A stretch of DNA of 64,000 nt from Chiloscyllium plagiosum (lineage: Eukaryota). Each line of letters opens with the position of its first letter. Positions within the stretch are counted from its first letter, which is position 1. The stretch lies in the NCBI RefSeq assembly GCF_004010195.1, contig NC_057750.1:5606595-5670594 (forward strand). Reading direction: 5' to 3'. The translations under genes and the position numbers were made by a program. The notes beneath the pieces were generated by a model that searched no databases, was not told the DNA's origin, and worked only from the letters and a program-made list of their open reading frames with translations. This document shows, in pieces, positions 35,401 through 48,985 of this stretch.

Positions 35401-36481
35401 TATACATAAAGGTAGAAAATGGACTGAGGGAGGGAGAGTTGGAAACAGTTAAGAGATCAAGTTGAAAGGGCCAAACACCACACTGCGCATCTGTCATTAA
35501 CAACACCGGGGGAGGGCAAGGATACTCAAGATAGGCACAGGAATACAAACAGATAAAGGGGTGGGTGGCACACGTGATACAAGAACAGACGGGCCCACAC
35601 GTTGTTGTCAGGATGCAGAGACACATACACACACTTGTAGGTGACAGATAGATACAAGGTTGGGGAATTATGACAAATACACAGGGGTAAGGGACAATGA
35701 CAGAATCACAGAATTACATCAGAGGACATTTAACCCACCGTATCACTCCCCGACTGAACAATTCAACCAGTGCCTTCTGCCAGTAACTCTCCATATTCTT
35801 CAATCATAAATAACAATGTAATTACCCTTTCAATGCCTTTATTGACTGTGCCTCCACCACATTCTCAGACAGTGCATTCCAGCTCTTAACCACTCACTGC
35901 ATGAACTTTTTTTCATTAAGTCACCCTTGTTTCTATTGTCAATAGATATCGGGATCAGCGATACAGAGACATAGGACTGGCAATACAGACAAAGGGGACA
36001 CTGATGCACACAAGCATAAAGTGTCAGTAACAGAGACAAACAAGAGCAGGGGATATAGAAACAGGAACACAAATGGATGACATAGAGCAGCGTTGAAGAG
36101 ACAGTGACAGGCAGACATACAGACAGTGAGAAATTGTGACAGACACACACGCTCAGAGGTGCCAGGACACAGACTGACACACAAGGTTGGAGGGACGGGC
36201 TCATGGGTGGGAAGTCAGTAATTTACAGACAGAACGGGTCAGGGAAAACAGACAAAGATCAGAATACAGAAACAGGTCGCACACAGGGAGACAGATACGG
36301 GCACACATAAGAGCGGGGGAGGGCAGACAGACTCAGGGTGTGGGGGGGGGATCAGTGACTTACAAACGCACGGGGCTCAGGAGAGAGACGGACAGGGCAG
36401 GGGAGATGAGAAATACAGACAGACGGAGAGGGTGATCGTAAGAAACTGGAGTAGGGAGAAAGAGTGAGAGAGGACACCCAC

Positions 36482-36584
36482 CTGGAGGACCTGAAAGGCC
36501 CAAGGAGAGTTGCTGCTGCGATTGCTCCTCCTTGCCTCTCATTGCTGCCTCTGTCGGGGTGTGCTGCTGCTCGTTACCCCTCAT
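36482..36584 (-). CDS. RELB: RELB coding exon 1 (putative): MRGNEQQHTPTEAAMRGKEEQSQQQLSLGLSGPP(G)
   Basis: ATG at 36584 lies just downstream of a CpG-rich, kB-site promoter. 103 nt ending in phase 1 at donor CAG|GTGGGT, which matches the phase-1 start of the next exons. No sequence homology recognisable, so the call rests on position and phase. Confidence 0.65.
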
Positions 36585-36589
36585 TACTG

Positions 36590-36920
36590 CCTCTAGCAGG
36601 GTCTGAGACCCCCCCGCCACTGCCGCCGCCGCGCCTCTCTGTTTATTTCAGTTTCTCTTTTTTTTCGCTACTTGCCTGGAATTCCCCAGGGCGGAGCTCG
36701 CGCTCTGATTGGACGGAGGCGCCCGCGCGCCGGGGGGAAACCCCTACTCGCGAGGCCAGTGACGTAACACAGCGCCCCACACCCCGCCCCCCCCAAGCCC
36801 TCAGGAGCCGGGCGCCTGGGAAATCCAGGACCGGATCGCAAGCCCCGCCCCCTCCGGACTCGGACCGGAGCGCAAACCAAAACCCGGTCCGGACTTTCAG
36901 AAGTTGGACGAATGGATCCG
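36590..36920 (-). promoter_or_regulatory. RELB CpG-island, TATA-less promoter/5'UTR with kB, CCAAT, GC-box and CRE-like sites
   Basis: Most CpG-dense non-coding segment of the window. GGAATTCCCC 36678-36687, GGGAAACCCC 36735-36744, GGGAAATCCA 36818-36827, ATTGG 36708-36712, GGGCGGAG 36689-36696, CCCCGCCCC 36782-36790, TGACGTAA 36760-36767. Confidence 0.8.
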
Positions 36921-37267
36921 TCCCAGTCAAAGCCGACAAGGCTTAGAGACAAAAATAAAACTGCAGATGCTGGAATCCAAAGTAGACAAGCAGGGGGCTG
37001 GAAGAACACAGCAAGCCAGGCAGCACCAGGAGGTGGAGAACCCTCCTAACAAAGGGTTTTGCCCAGAACGTTAACTGCTCCACCTCCTGATGCTGCCTGG
37101 CTTGCTGTGTTCTTCCAGCCTCCTGCTTGTCTGGAGTCTACAAGGCAGCAGTGGGGACCAAGGGTCAGCCAAACTGAGATGGAGAGGGAGTCCATACGGA
37201 ACAGTTATAACATTTTGTCAAATGTCGATTTGGTTTCAGAACAACCAGTTCCCATTAGGGGTGCACA

Positions 37268-37735
37268 TAGAGTCATAGAGTCTGAGCGATATACAGCACA
37301 GAAATAGACCCTTTGGTCTAACTCATCCATGCCGACCAGATATCCTAAATTAATCTACTCCCATTTGACCCATATCCCTCTTAACCCTTCCTATTCGTAT
37401 ACCCATCCAGATGCTTTTTAATTGTACCAGCCTCCACCACCTCCTCTGGCAGCTCATTCCATTCACACCACCTTCTGCATGAGAAAGTTGCCCCTTACAT
37501 CCCTTTTATATCTTTCCCCTCTCACCTTAAACCTATGCCCTCTAGTTCTGGACTCCCTCATCCCAGGGAAAAGACCTTGGCTCTTTACCCTATCCATGTC
37601 CCTCATGATTTTATAAACCTCTATAAGGTCACCCCTCAGCCTCTGATGCTCCAGAGAAAATAGCACCAGCCTATTCAGCCTCTCCCCATAGCTCAAGCCC
37701 TCCAACATCCTTGTAAAATCTTTTCTGAACCTTAA
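37268..37735 (-). mobile_element. CR1/HER1 LINE 3' end
   Basis: LSYGERLNRL-LFSLEHQRLRGDLIEVYKIMRDMDRV...TRGHRFKVRGE. Confidence 0.9.
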
Positions 37736-38289
37736 AACATTCCAGGACAGTAAGCTTTCCCTTGTGTCAAAACAAACAAATGGTATGAGAATAAATACTT
37801 ACTTGATGATTGATATGGACATGACGGGCCGATAGGTCTTTTCCCATGCTGTACAACCTCTACAATTCTTAATCACCAGAGAAACCCAGCAAGTCTGACA
37901 GCATCTGCAGAAATAGAAACACAGCAAACCTTTTGAGTCCAGCATAACTCTATATTCCCCATATATTCCCCTCTATATTCCCCACAGCTAAGAATATAGC
38001 ATTGAGTAACTCATCTCCTGATTCTACAAATCTCCTTATCTACTGTCTACAATGCACCAGTCAGGAGTGTGATGGAATACTCCCCACTTGCCTGGATGGG
38101 TGCAGCTCCAAAAACACTAAAGAAGCTTGACACCATCCAGGACAAAGCAGCCCATTTGACTGGCACAACATCCATAAGCATCCACTCCCTCCACCATCAA
38201 CTTTCAGTAGCAGCAGTGTGTACCATCTACAAGGTGCACTGCAGACATTCGCCAAAGATCCATCAAATAATGTTGATCTTGTTACCCAC

Positions 38290-38735
38290 ACCCAGCTCCA
38301 GCCCTATACTAGGTCCTAGCTCCCAGCCCTGCCGAGTTTTCACTCTCCCCCTGACCTCCCCCTCACTGAGGATTAACGATCAGTCCTCAGCAAAGGCCTT
38401 ACCTTCTCCCGCACCATTTCCCCTCCCCCCACCTTTCCCCAGTTCCAACCTTCCAGCTCAGCACAACCCTCATGACCTGTCCCATCTGTCAATCTTCCTT
38501 CCCACCTATCCAATCCACCCTCCTCTCTGACCTATCACCTTCACCCTCACCTCCATCTACCTATTGCACTCTCAGCTACCTTTTCCCCAGCCCCACACCC
38601 CCTCCCATTTATCTCTCCACACCCGAGGCTCCCAGCTTCATTCCTGATGAAGGGCTTTGGCCTGAAACGTTGACTCTCCTACTCCTCGGATGATGCCTGA
38701 CCTGCAGTGCTTTTCCAGCGTCACTCTAATCTTGA
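38290..38735 (+). mobile_element. Longer Penelope-like 3' fragment (C-rich UTR ending in the family B hammerhead-like tail), nested in a LINE fragment
   Basis: Pyrimidine-rich tract leading into ttcattcCTGATGAagggctttggcctGAAAcgttgactctcc. It interrupts the LINE fragment that resumes at about 38920. Confidence 0.6.
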
Positions 38736-40249
38736 TTTTGATCTTGTTCATGCTGATCTTGTTTCACACACCTCCTGTGCAAAGTAACCTGGATGCCTCA
38801 CTCTGTCCAAGCACTCTATGATCTGTATGTAATTACTTACTATGATCTGCCTGTACTGCTCACAAACAACGCTTTTCATTGTACTTAGGTACACATGACA
38901 ATAAACCAACTCAAATCAAAGGTCCTCAGACAGCATCTTCCAAACCCACGACCATTTCTATCTCAAAGGACAAGGGCAGCAGATACATTGGAACACTATC
39001 CCCTGCAAGTTCCCCTTCAAGCCAGTCACCATCCTGACTTGGAAATATATCACCGTTCCTCCACTATCACTGGATGAAAATCCTGGAATTCTCTCCCTAA
39101 TCATCGTGGAAACTATAACTTTTAAAAAGATTCAAACTTTCAGTTAATAGCAAAGGAATGACATTGTAGGTCAACCCACAGCACACGGACTGCAGTAGTT
39201 CAAGAAGGCAGCTCACCCCCACCTTCTCAAGGAGGCAATTAGGGACGGGCAATAAATGCTGGCCAGCCAGCGATGCCCACGTCCCACATATGAATTTTTA
39301 AAACGGTTCTTAAAAATATACAAATATGACTTCATTCTGAACAGTCATATTGGACTCAACATTAACTCTGTTGCTCTCTCTGCAGATGCTGCCAGGCCCA
39401 CTGAGTTTCTCCAGCATTCTCTGTTTTTATTCAGATTTTCAACATCTGCAGTATTTTACTTTTATTTGAGTTTTATTTACTGTTCTGCTCAATATTTATC
39501 CCTCAATCCACATCACTGGTGGTTCATTATCACCATTTCTGATTGTGGGAACTTTGCTTCAATCATCGTAGAGACCTATAACTTTTAAAAAGATTCAAAC
39601 TTTCAGTTAATAGCAAAGGAATGACAAAACAAGATTTAAAATTCAGCTGTTAAAGTTTAAACTGTGACGAAAAAACTAATCTTTTTGTCAGGGATATGTA
39701 CTTTAAACTACAGAGATGAGCATGTAACTCTAACATGGATTTGCGCACAGAATTACAACCCCTAGGGCAAATAGTCCATAGGTGCACATAGATTCCAATG
39801 GGATCTGTATTCCCACATCACTGAGTAGGAACTTTGAGGAACCATTTCTGAGGACTTGCCTCAGTTTTTGAATAGTTCTGATAACTGTTTTTGACCTTGA
39901 CCTGAGAAGAGTCCTGGAATGCTCTAACAGCTATCTTTTCAAAATAGACTACACCTGGTTATTCTGCAAAGCCAAGTAAATTTCGTCTCTGCTGACCACA
40001 CAGACATTTCTGTCTGCCATACTTGAAATATCTTTTACATTTATACTTTCTTGCTGCAGTCATCCAGTACTTCTTTCTCCTATCCCTATTTGCCCTTTGA
40101 ACTGAGTGACTCTGACATAATTTCTGAGGGCAGCTAAGAGTCAACCACATTGCAGTGGGTCTGAGGTCACATGTAGGCCAGACCGGAAAAGGTTGGCAGA
40201 TTCTTACCCTAAAGAGAATTAGTGAACCAGATGAATTTTTACAATGTTG

Positions 40250-40522
40250 GCGGAATGGTGGCTCAGTGGTTAGAACTGCTGCCTCACAGCACCACAGACC
40301 TGGGTTTGATTCCAGCCTCAGGCTGACAGCCTGGGTGCAGTTTGCATATTCTCCCTGTGTCTGTGTGGGTTTCCTCTGGATGCTTCAGGTTTCTCCCACA
40401 GTCCAAAGATGTGCAGGTTAGGTGGATCAGTCATGGGAAATGCAGGGTTATATAGATCAGATAGGTGGGTGGGATGTTCTTTGGAGGGTTGGTGTGGACT
40501 TGATGGGTTGAATAGCCTGCCC
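40250..40522 (+). mobile_element. HE1-type V-SINE
   Basis: Same tRNA head and V-domain. Confidence 0.75.
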
Positions 40523-43154
40523 CTACATTGTAGGGATTCTATATTTCTAAAAAGAACTGATCATGATTTCATGATCATCATCACTGAGACTAGCCTTCAA
40601 TTCCAGACTGATTAGGTGAATTTAAATTCCACCAGTGGCCATGTTGAGATTTGAGCATGTGACCCCAAAGCATCAGCATGTCATCATCTCCTCTAAGGTG
40701 GCTTGTAACTTGATCTCAGAAAGATTTTAATTTGCTCTCTTTCCTATGAAACACATATCATTGCAATCAGGTAGAAATGCTAATTAGCTGCCCTTGACCA
40801 GGGTAACTAACTCTGAGTGAAATAAATAAGGGACACTTCTCCCTCGGAGGGTGGGGAGGCATAGGGATGGGCGGGGGTGGCTGCTGGTGCAACTTTGAGA
40901 GCTGGGGAGGAGTGGTACATGTTAGTTACATGCTAGAGTTATACATGACTCTAGCAGCTCAATGCCACAACCTGCCCGCAGTCTGAGATACCCAAACCTG
41001 CCAGGCTGAGGCATATGCAGACACAGCGTCTGAAGATGTGGAAGTGCCGGTGTTGGACTAGGGTGGCCAAAGTTAAAAATCACACAACACCATGTTATAG
41101 TCCAACAGGCCTATTTGGAAGTAAAGCCAAATTATGGGACAATCCTGAAAAATCTTAAATGGTTATTCACCTTGTCCTCGACCTCCATTCCCTTTCATCT
41201 TGGAAGTAAAGGGACAGTTTATAACCTGACACCTACAACTTCGTTTTTGGGACTTTAGGAATCTCAGTCTATGTAATATGAATCCAGATGCTGCTTACGC
41301 TCCAAGCTTAAGGAGTTTGTATCTTTTTCTCAGTAAAACAATCCAGACTTTCCTTTGATCTCTAACAATTACACTTTCCTGATGAAGGGCTTATGCCCGA
41401 AACATCAAGTCTCCTGCTCCTTGGATGCTGCCTGACCGGCTGTGCTTTTCCAGCACCTGCTCATACTTCAGTTTGCCTCCAACAGGGTACTTTAAATGCC
41501 TTTTAAAAAACTTATTTACTCACAGATGTGGGCATCCAACACTTTCTGCCAATCCCTAATTGTCCAGAGAGCAGAAAAGAGTCATCCACATTTCTATAGG
41601 TCCGAAGTCACGGGTAGGCCAGACCAGAGTAAGAACGGCAGTTTCCTTCCCTAAAGGCCATTAGTTAACCAGATGGGTTTTTCCAACATCAACGATAGTT
41701 TTGTGGTCATCATTAGACTCTTAGTTCCAGGTTTTAATTGAATTTGAACTCCACCATCTGCTGTGGCAGGTTTCGAACTTTGATGTGGCAATGTTTATGT
41801 TATCTCCCATTAAAAAATGAAACCAGACACTGGTATCATAGAATCCAACAGAAATTTGTAACAACAGACTATTAAATACAAACATTACACGTCAAGTCTC
41901 ACCATGCTCTTTTATTAGAAAGAGACAATTGATGGTGATTTAACCTAAGGGTCACCACATCTCGGGTGAGGGGACAGGTAACCTCATTGAACCCACACTG
42001 CTAGCATCACACTCCTTTACAAACCAACTGTCTAACCCACTCTCACAAACATTACATTACAAACATTGCATTACATAAGTATCTGTGCTAGTATTAAGCT
42101 ACAGATTTACAACAGAGAAACATGCTTCTAATAGAATATCATATTTCAAGTGATTTGAGGTAAGATGGAGTATGCGATCTTTATACATTCAGCCGACATG
42201 CTGTGATGCAGAGATAATATTTTGGGCATGTCTCTCAAAGGTCTCCTGACTGTAATGCATAACTCAACAAGGCTTACTGTCAGACAGACTGTCAGATCAC
42301 ATGGCTCACTTCATTTACAGTAAATTTAAAGGTACGCATGCAGAAATAAAATTCCCATATATCTTATAACATTTTGCTGTGCAAATTAGGAACTACTATC
42401 AATCCTACATTGAAACATTGACTGCACTTAGAATGATTGGCAAGGGAGTGAGACTGACTGTGTCCCCTTTATTCTCCTCACTTTCTGTCTGTAAGGAGAT
42501 TGTTTTTAATCTTTTTAAAGGCAGGGCAGAGCTTGCCAAACCCCTGTTTGTTGGAGGTTAGTTGTTAAAAACGATTCACAGCACACTCTGTTTAAACGTT
42601 AATAAAGCAGGTACATTATTCATTCTCACATTCGATCTGCCAAATGATTACAGCAACTTTACACCCACCCAAACATGTGGCTGAGAGACACACTCAGAGA
42701 AGGGTTTCACATCTAGTAATATGCAAAGGGAAATGGGAGAATTATCAGTCAAGTTGAATATTAGAGACCATATGTCTGAATTTCAGAGTCATGGAATTTC
42801 TTCAAAGGTGGAGACACAACAGCAATTTCTTGTCATGCTCAGGTGGCTTTTTCAGGAGAATTGAAATTTTTTCAGAAAGAAGATTTTCTTTCAGGGCTGT
42901 ACTTATTGACATCCACTCGTAGCAAGATTTCCCATAACTAATTCAATCAAGAGTGACAGATACCTAACAATGGAAACATGCTAATGAAACATTAAATCAG
43001 CTGAGGAAAACAATGTGTTAAACAACGTTGAATTTTAATTTTAATTTCTACGAATCAGTTTACGCACACACAGTCACCGATCATCGTCAGACTGCTGGTT
43101 CAGCAAACATGGATGAGCATTTTAACTTTAGGCTGAGTTAATAGCCTGGAGTTT

Positions 43155-43645
43155 GTTTTTATTACTTTATTCATTAAAAAAAACCTTTATCTACATTCAC
43201 AGGTATTAAAGCAGTCCTGTACAGTCTTTCCGTGTCAAGAAAAACAAAACATTGGAATCTGACATTTCCTGCAGTTACAAAAACCAAAGATATTTCCTAC
43301 TCGTGCAGGACAGTATTTACATACACTGAGGCAATGAGAGGGTCTAATAACTGAACAGACCCATGTTGTGTTTTGGTAGAAAGAGCTTAGATGGTGGTCT
43401 TTCCCCACTGCACCTTGGCAGCAGCTGCCCCAAGCTTTAATGCGTCCCTTAGCATGTAGTCCTGACCTTTGGAATGTGCCAGTCTGAAACACCCGGTCAA
43501 GATCAACTCCTTGCTCTGGAAGACCAACAAACTTCGGGCAGAGCAAAGTGCGCTTTTCACCAAGTTGATGGTCCTCCAAGTGCAGTCGATGTTTGTCTCG
43601 GTGTGCGTAGCCTGGAGTCTATTAGTGTTTCTCTTGGCTGATGTC
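43155..43645 (-). mobile_element. L1/Tx1-like LINE ORF2 C-terminus and 3'UTR fragment
   Basis: WRTINLVKSALCSARSLLVFQ...RDALKLGAAAAKVQWGKTTI-stop, followed by a UTR ending aataaagtaataaaaa on minus. Clade assignment from memory. Confidence 0.55.
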
Positions 43646-45759
43646 AACAGACGGACTGATTAAGGCATGTTGGAAATTCACCAAAATTCCAAAGGAGTTT
43701 CAGTCATGTAATGCTGACCATCAACAGATAATGGGTGAGCTGTCTGGTGTGTCACTTTGCAGCCCACTCAGAAAACCTTCTAGAACTTCAGCCCAATGTA
43801 AGCCCTCTGGGCTGTGACAGCTCCCCCCAAGAGTCCAGCGAAGTCAAAGCTCTAAAACAAAGGGAAGACAGCAATCCATTATCGATTATTACGAATTAAG
43901 AGTCTAATGATGACCACAAAACCATTGTTGTAGTTGCAAAAACCCATTGGTTCACTAATGTTCGTTAGGGAAGGAAACTGCCATCCTTGCCTGGTCTGGC
44001 CTACACATGACTCCAGACCCACAATAATGTGGTTGACTCTCACCTGTCCTCTGGGCATTTAGGGATGGGCAATAAATGCTGGCCCAGCCAGCGACGCACT
44101 CATCCCATGAATGAAAAAAAAAAGAATTTTGCAATATGAACACGATGACCCCAATGTGCTCCTTTGCCTGTAAAGGGGGGGGGGATCTGAGGTTGTGAGA
44201 GGTGCTAGAGAAATGCATGTCCTTCGCAAACGTTTGTGAGATTGCTCGGTCAGATGTTGGTGCAGTTTCAGTCCATTTTCTGGGAGCATGAAACTGTCTT
44301 AAGAAGGGGGAAAATATTGCAACAACCAAAACGCAGAACTCCACAAGGCTGCAGTATCAGTTCCTTCTTTCAAGCAGTACTTTCAGAGAGATGACAAACA
44401 ACATCACAACTGACAGTGACGCACTCAGGATTCTCTCCACTGCAGTAATTCTCCCCATTGCAGTGAGGTGTTCTGCTTAAGAAGATACCACCCTGTTGGC
44501 AAAGAGCTGTTTATGTTTACAGCTGATTGTGGGTGGGGATAATGCTGGGAACCCACAGCCCTGTTAGGGACAGAGTGCCAAGACTTTGACCCAGCAACAG
44601 TGAAAGACAGCGATATATTTCCAAGTCGGGATGGTGAGTGGCTTGGAGGGGAACTTGCAGAGGGTGGTGTTCCCATGTGTCTGCTGCCACTGTCCTTCTA
44701 GAGGGTGAAGGTTGCAGGAGAGGTTTGGATTGTGCACCTCAGAGGAGTGAAGGTCGGGAGGAGACTTGGTTGAGGTGTTCAAAAACAGTAGAGATGAAGA
44801 ATCTATTCCCATTGGTAAAAGTGGTGCAGAGGTGCAAGTGTTGGACTGGGGTGGAAGTCACACAACACCAAGTTATAGTCCAACAGGTTTGTTTGAAATC
44901 TCAAGCTTTCGGAGCACTGCTCCTTTGTCAGGTGAGACATCAGTGCTCCAAAAGTTCGTGATTTCAAATAAATCTGGGATGGGTATATGAATAGGAAGGG
45001 TTTAGAGGGATATGGGCAAATGGGCCCAGATTAGGTGAGGATATCTGGTTGGCATGGACGAGTTGGACCAAAGAGTATGTTTCCATGTTGTACGTCTCTA
45101 TGATTATGTTGGACCATAACCTGGTGTCGTTGACTTCTGACTTTGGTACAAGGATCGAGAACCAAAGAGCACAGGCTTCAGGAAACAGTGGAGATATGAG
45201 GAGAAAGCTGTCTCACAATCCGAGTGGTTCGGATCCAGAATGTGCTGCCTGAGAGTGTCAGGGAGGCAAATTTAAATGGAATTTTCAAGAGGATATTGGA
45301 TTATTATCTGAAAAGGAAGAATGTGTAAGGTACAAAGATATTGGATATACTTGTAGGAATCATCCAGGATTCTAGACTAGTCCCAGAGAATCGAAAACTG
45401 CCAAGTATTTGAAAAAGGAAGCTGTCAAAAAATGAGTAAGTATAGACTAATCAGCTCAATGTTCAGTTATTGAGAAAATGTCAGTGTCTGTTATACAGGA
45501 TGCAATATCAGAGTGTTTAGACCAATGTAATACAATCAAGTAAGGCATAGGTTGAGGGTAAGAGGGGCAAGATATAAAAGAGACCTAAGGGCAACTTTTT
45601 CACACACAGGGTGATGCGTGTATGGAATGAACTGCCAGAGGGAGTGGTGGTGGCTGGTACAATTGCAGCATTTAAAAGGCACCTGGATGTGTATATGCAT
45701 AGGAAAGGTTTGGAGGGATATGAACCAAGTGCTGTCAAATGAGACTAGATTAGTCTAGA

Positions 45760-46056
45760 TGGGTGGCATGGTGGCACAGTAGTTAGCACTGCTGCCTCAC
45801 AGTGCCAGAGACCAGGGTTCAATTCCCACCTTGGGCGACTGTCTGTGTGGAGTTTACACATTCTCCCCGTGTCTGTGTGGGTTTGCTCCAGTTTCCTCCT
45901 ACAGTCCAAAAGATGTGCAGGTTAGGTGAATTGGCCATGCTAAATTGCTCGTAGTGTGAGGTGTAGGGGAATGGTCTGGGTGGGTTGCTCTTCGGAGGGT
46001 TAGTGTGGACTTGTTGGGCTGAAGGGCCTGTTTCTACACTGTAAGTAATCTAATCA
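45760..46056 (+). mobile_element. HE1-type V-SINE inserted in a CR1 3' end
   Basis: Complete SINE with aatctaatc tail; the CR1 sequence resumes at about 46057. Confidence 0.85.
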
Positions 46057-46139
46057 TTAATTTAGGATATCTGGTCGGCCTGGACAAGTTGGACTGAAGG
46101 GTCTGTTTCCGTGCTGTACAACTCTATGACTCTAAGTAG

Positions 46140-46700
46140 AGGCAACATGATTTCATGAAGAAGAAATCAGGCCTGGCAAATTTACTAGGATTCTTTGAGG
46201 AGGTAACAAGCAGGATAGGTAAAGGGGAAACAGTGGAGGTAATATATCTGGATATTCAGAAGGTATTTAATAAGATGATACACATTAGGTTACTTAATAA
46301 GAAAAGGGCCAATGGTGTTGGAGGTCGTGTATTAGCATCGGATAGAGGATTGGCTAACTAATTGAAGACAGGGAACTGGGATAAGGGGGAGTTTTCAGAA
46401 TGGCAATCTGTAACTAGTGGAGTTCCACAGGAGACAATGCTGGGACCACAATGACTTATGATATAATTTAAAGATTTGGATGAGGAGAATGAATGTACTA
46501 AAGTCAAGTTTGCAGATGACACAAGAGGGACATAGACAGAATAAGCAAGTGGACAAAAAGTTTGCAGATGAATATAATGAGGGAAAATGTGGGGTTATGC
46601 ACTTTGGCAAGAAGAATAAAGGAGCTGAATATTATTAAAGTGGAGAAATATTACTGAAAGCTGCAGATCAGAGGGATTTGGGAATCCTCTTGCTTGAATC
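46140..46700 (+). mobile_element. Degraded CR1 reverse-transcriptase fragment
   Basis: NLLGFFEEVT...IYLDIQKVF, VTSGVPQ and KFADDT remnants with frameshifts. Confidence 0.85.
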
Positions 46701-46732
46701 ATATCGTTCACTGACTCCATCTCTACTTCTTT

Positions 46733-46945
46733 GAGGAGAAAGTGAGGTCTGCAAATGCTGGAGATCAGAGATGGAAATGTGTTGCTGGAAAAGCGCAGCA
46801 GGTCAGGCAGCATCTAGGGAACAGGAGAATCAACGTTTCGGGCATAAGCCCTCCTGAAGAAGGGCTAATGCCCGAAACGTCGATTCTCCTGTTCCCTAGA
46901 TGCTGCCTGACCTGCTGCGCTTTTCCAGCAACACATTTCCATCTC
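46733..46945. mobile_element. Family B inverted pair with intact core on +
   Basis: CTGAAGA-a-GGGC-taat-GCCC-GAAA-CG-TC at about 46854-46881, flanked by long inverted arms. Confidence 0.75.
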
Positions 46946-47499
46946 CATCTCTACTTCTGGCTGTTTTGGGAAAACAATCAACATAATCAAAGACCCCTCC
47001 AACCTGGGTATACTCCCTTCCACCCTCTTCCATCAGGCGGAAAATATAAAACTTTGAACACACGTATGAACAGATTCAAGGACAGCTTCTTTCCCTCTGT
47101 TGTCAAACTTTTGAACACGCATCAAATGTTAAACAAAAACCAAAACTGCTGGAACAGGGCCAGCAGCATTGATGAAGAGAAATCAAAGTTGACATTTTGG
47201 GTGTGGTAACCCTTCCTCAGGACAATAGCTCTGCCATAACAGGATTGGAACCCAGGTCCCAAGATCACACCCTGAGTTACTGGATTAGCAGTCCAGCAAT
47301 AATACCACTAGGCCATTACCTCCCCCACATTAACAACAGATGATTGAACAATTCAACAAAGTTCAAATGCTGCTCATTCAGCCTGAAAATTAGTGAATTT
47401 GGTGAAATTGTATCACCTGTTTGTGCTGAATGCTGTTTATTTACCTGTTTAATGTGACATACATTCATTGGGTAGTAGTCTAATTATCATATTCACTGG

Positions 47500-48985
47500 A
47501 GTGAGAATGAAGGGGCTTTCAAAGAAACCTATTAAATTTTGACAGGACTAGACAGGAGGGATGTTCATAATGTCCAGGAGTCTAGAACCAGAGGTCATGA
47601 TCAAAGGATATGAGGTAGGCCATTTAAAATTGAGATGAGGAGAAATATTTTCACCCAGAGAGTGATGAGCTCATGGATGTCTCTACCATAGAAAGTGGAT
47701 AAGGCCAAAAGATTGTATGTTTTCAAGATGGTTTATAAAATCTTGATGGGTGTAGATAAGATGTTTGGTAGGTGTCTTTTCCCTGGGGTGGGGGATTTCA
47801 AGTCTAGGCGGCCATATTTTTAAGGTGAGAGGAGAGAGATTTTAAAAAGACATGGGGGTAAATTTTTTTTATATACAGAGAGTGGTTCGTATCTGGAATG
47901 AACATCCAGAGGAAATGGTGGATGCAGGTACAGTTGAAGACATTTAGATAAATACATGAATTAGAAATGTTTGGAAGGAAATGGGCCAAGCACAGGCAGG
48001 TGGGATTATGGTTGGCATGGACTGGTTGGAGTGAAGGATCTGTTTCCGTGCTGTATAACTCTATGAATGTACAAGGAGTTAGATTTAGTTCTTAGGGCTA
48101 AAGGGATCAAGGGGTATAGGGAGAAAGCAGAAACAGGTGACTGAGTTGGATGATCAGCTATGATTGTATTGAATAGCAGAGCAGCCTCAAAGGGCTGAAT
48201 TGCCTTCTCCTGCTCCTATTTTCTATGGTTCCCATGTATATTCACCCTCTTATCATTATCTAAGAGACTGAGTACAAAGAAATCTTTTTTCTACCCCTCA
48301 TATTACTACAGTAGCTTAAAGCCTGGGAGGAAAGGCTCCTCATAGGAGCCATAGGGTATGCCTAAGGCAGTGGAATGATGAGGCTGAACATTTTCAGCAA
48401 AAACTTTCATTTATCTAATGTCAAAGAGCATCTGAAGTTATTTTATAGCTGTCAGGATTATGATATGCTAATATGCTGTAGGAAGGATGTTGTGAAACTT
48501 GAAAGAGTTCAGGAAAGGATGTTGCCAGGGTTGGAGGGTTTGAGCTATAGGGAGAGGCTGAACAGTTTGGGGCTGTTTTCCCTGGAACGTCGGAGGCTGA
48601 GGGGGTGTGTGTAACCTTATAGAGGCTTATAAAATCATGAGGGGCATGGATAGGGTAAATAGACAAAGTCTTTTCCCCAGGATGGAGGAGTCCAGAACTA
48701 GTGGGCATAGGTTTAAGGTGAGAGGGGAAACATTTAAAAGAGACCTAAGGGGCAACTTTTTAACACAGAGGGTGATGTGTGTATGGAATGAGCTGCCAGA
48801 AGAAGTGGTGGATGCTGATATAATTACATTTTAAAGGCATCTAGAAGGGTACATGAATAGGAAGAGTTCAGACAGATATGGGCCAAATGCTATAAATAGG
48901 ACTAGATTAATTAAGGCTATCTGGTTGACATGGACAAGTTGAACTGAAAGGTCTGTTTCTGTGCTGTATATCTCTATGACTCTAT
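47500..48985 (+). mobile_element. Nested CR1 3' fragments
   Basis: [10 protein letters not shown]...[31 protein letters not shown]. Confidence 0.85.

Noticed and set aside
36464..37009. ORFs across the CpG island (160 aa on +, 98 and 113 aa on -)
   Set aside because: Expected from GC-rich, stop-poor promoter sequence; no domain similarity.
41800..43150. Repeat-poor AT-rich stretch as a possible gene or 3'UTR
   Set aside because: No ORF, splice-consistent exon or recognisable RNA motif was found by eye; it cannot be supported without expression or conservation data.
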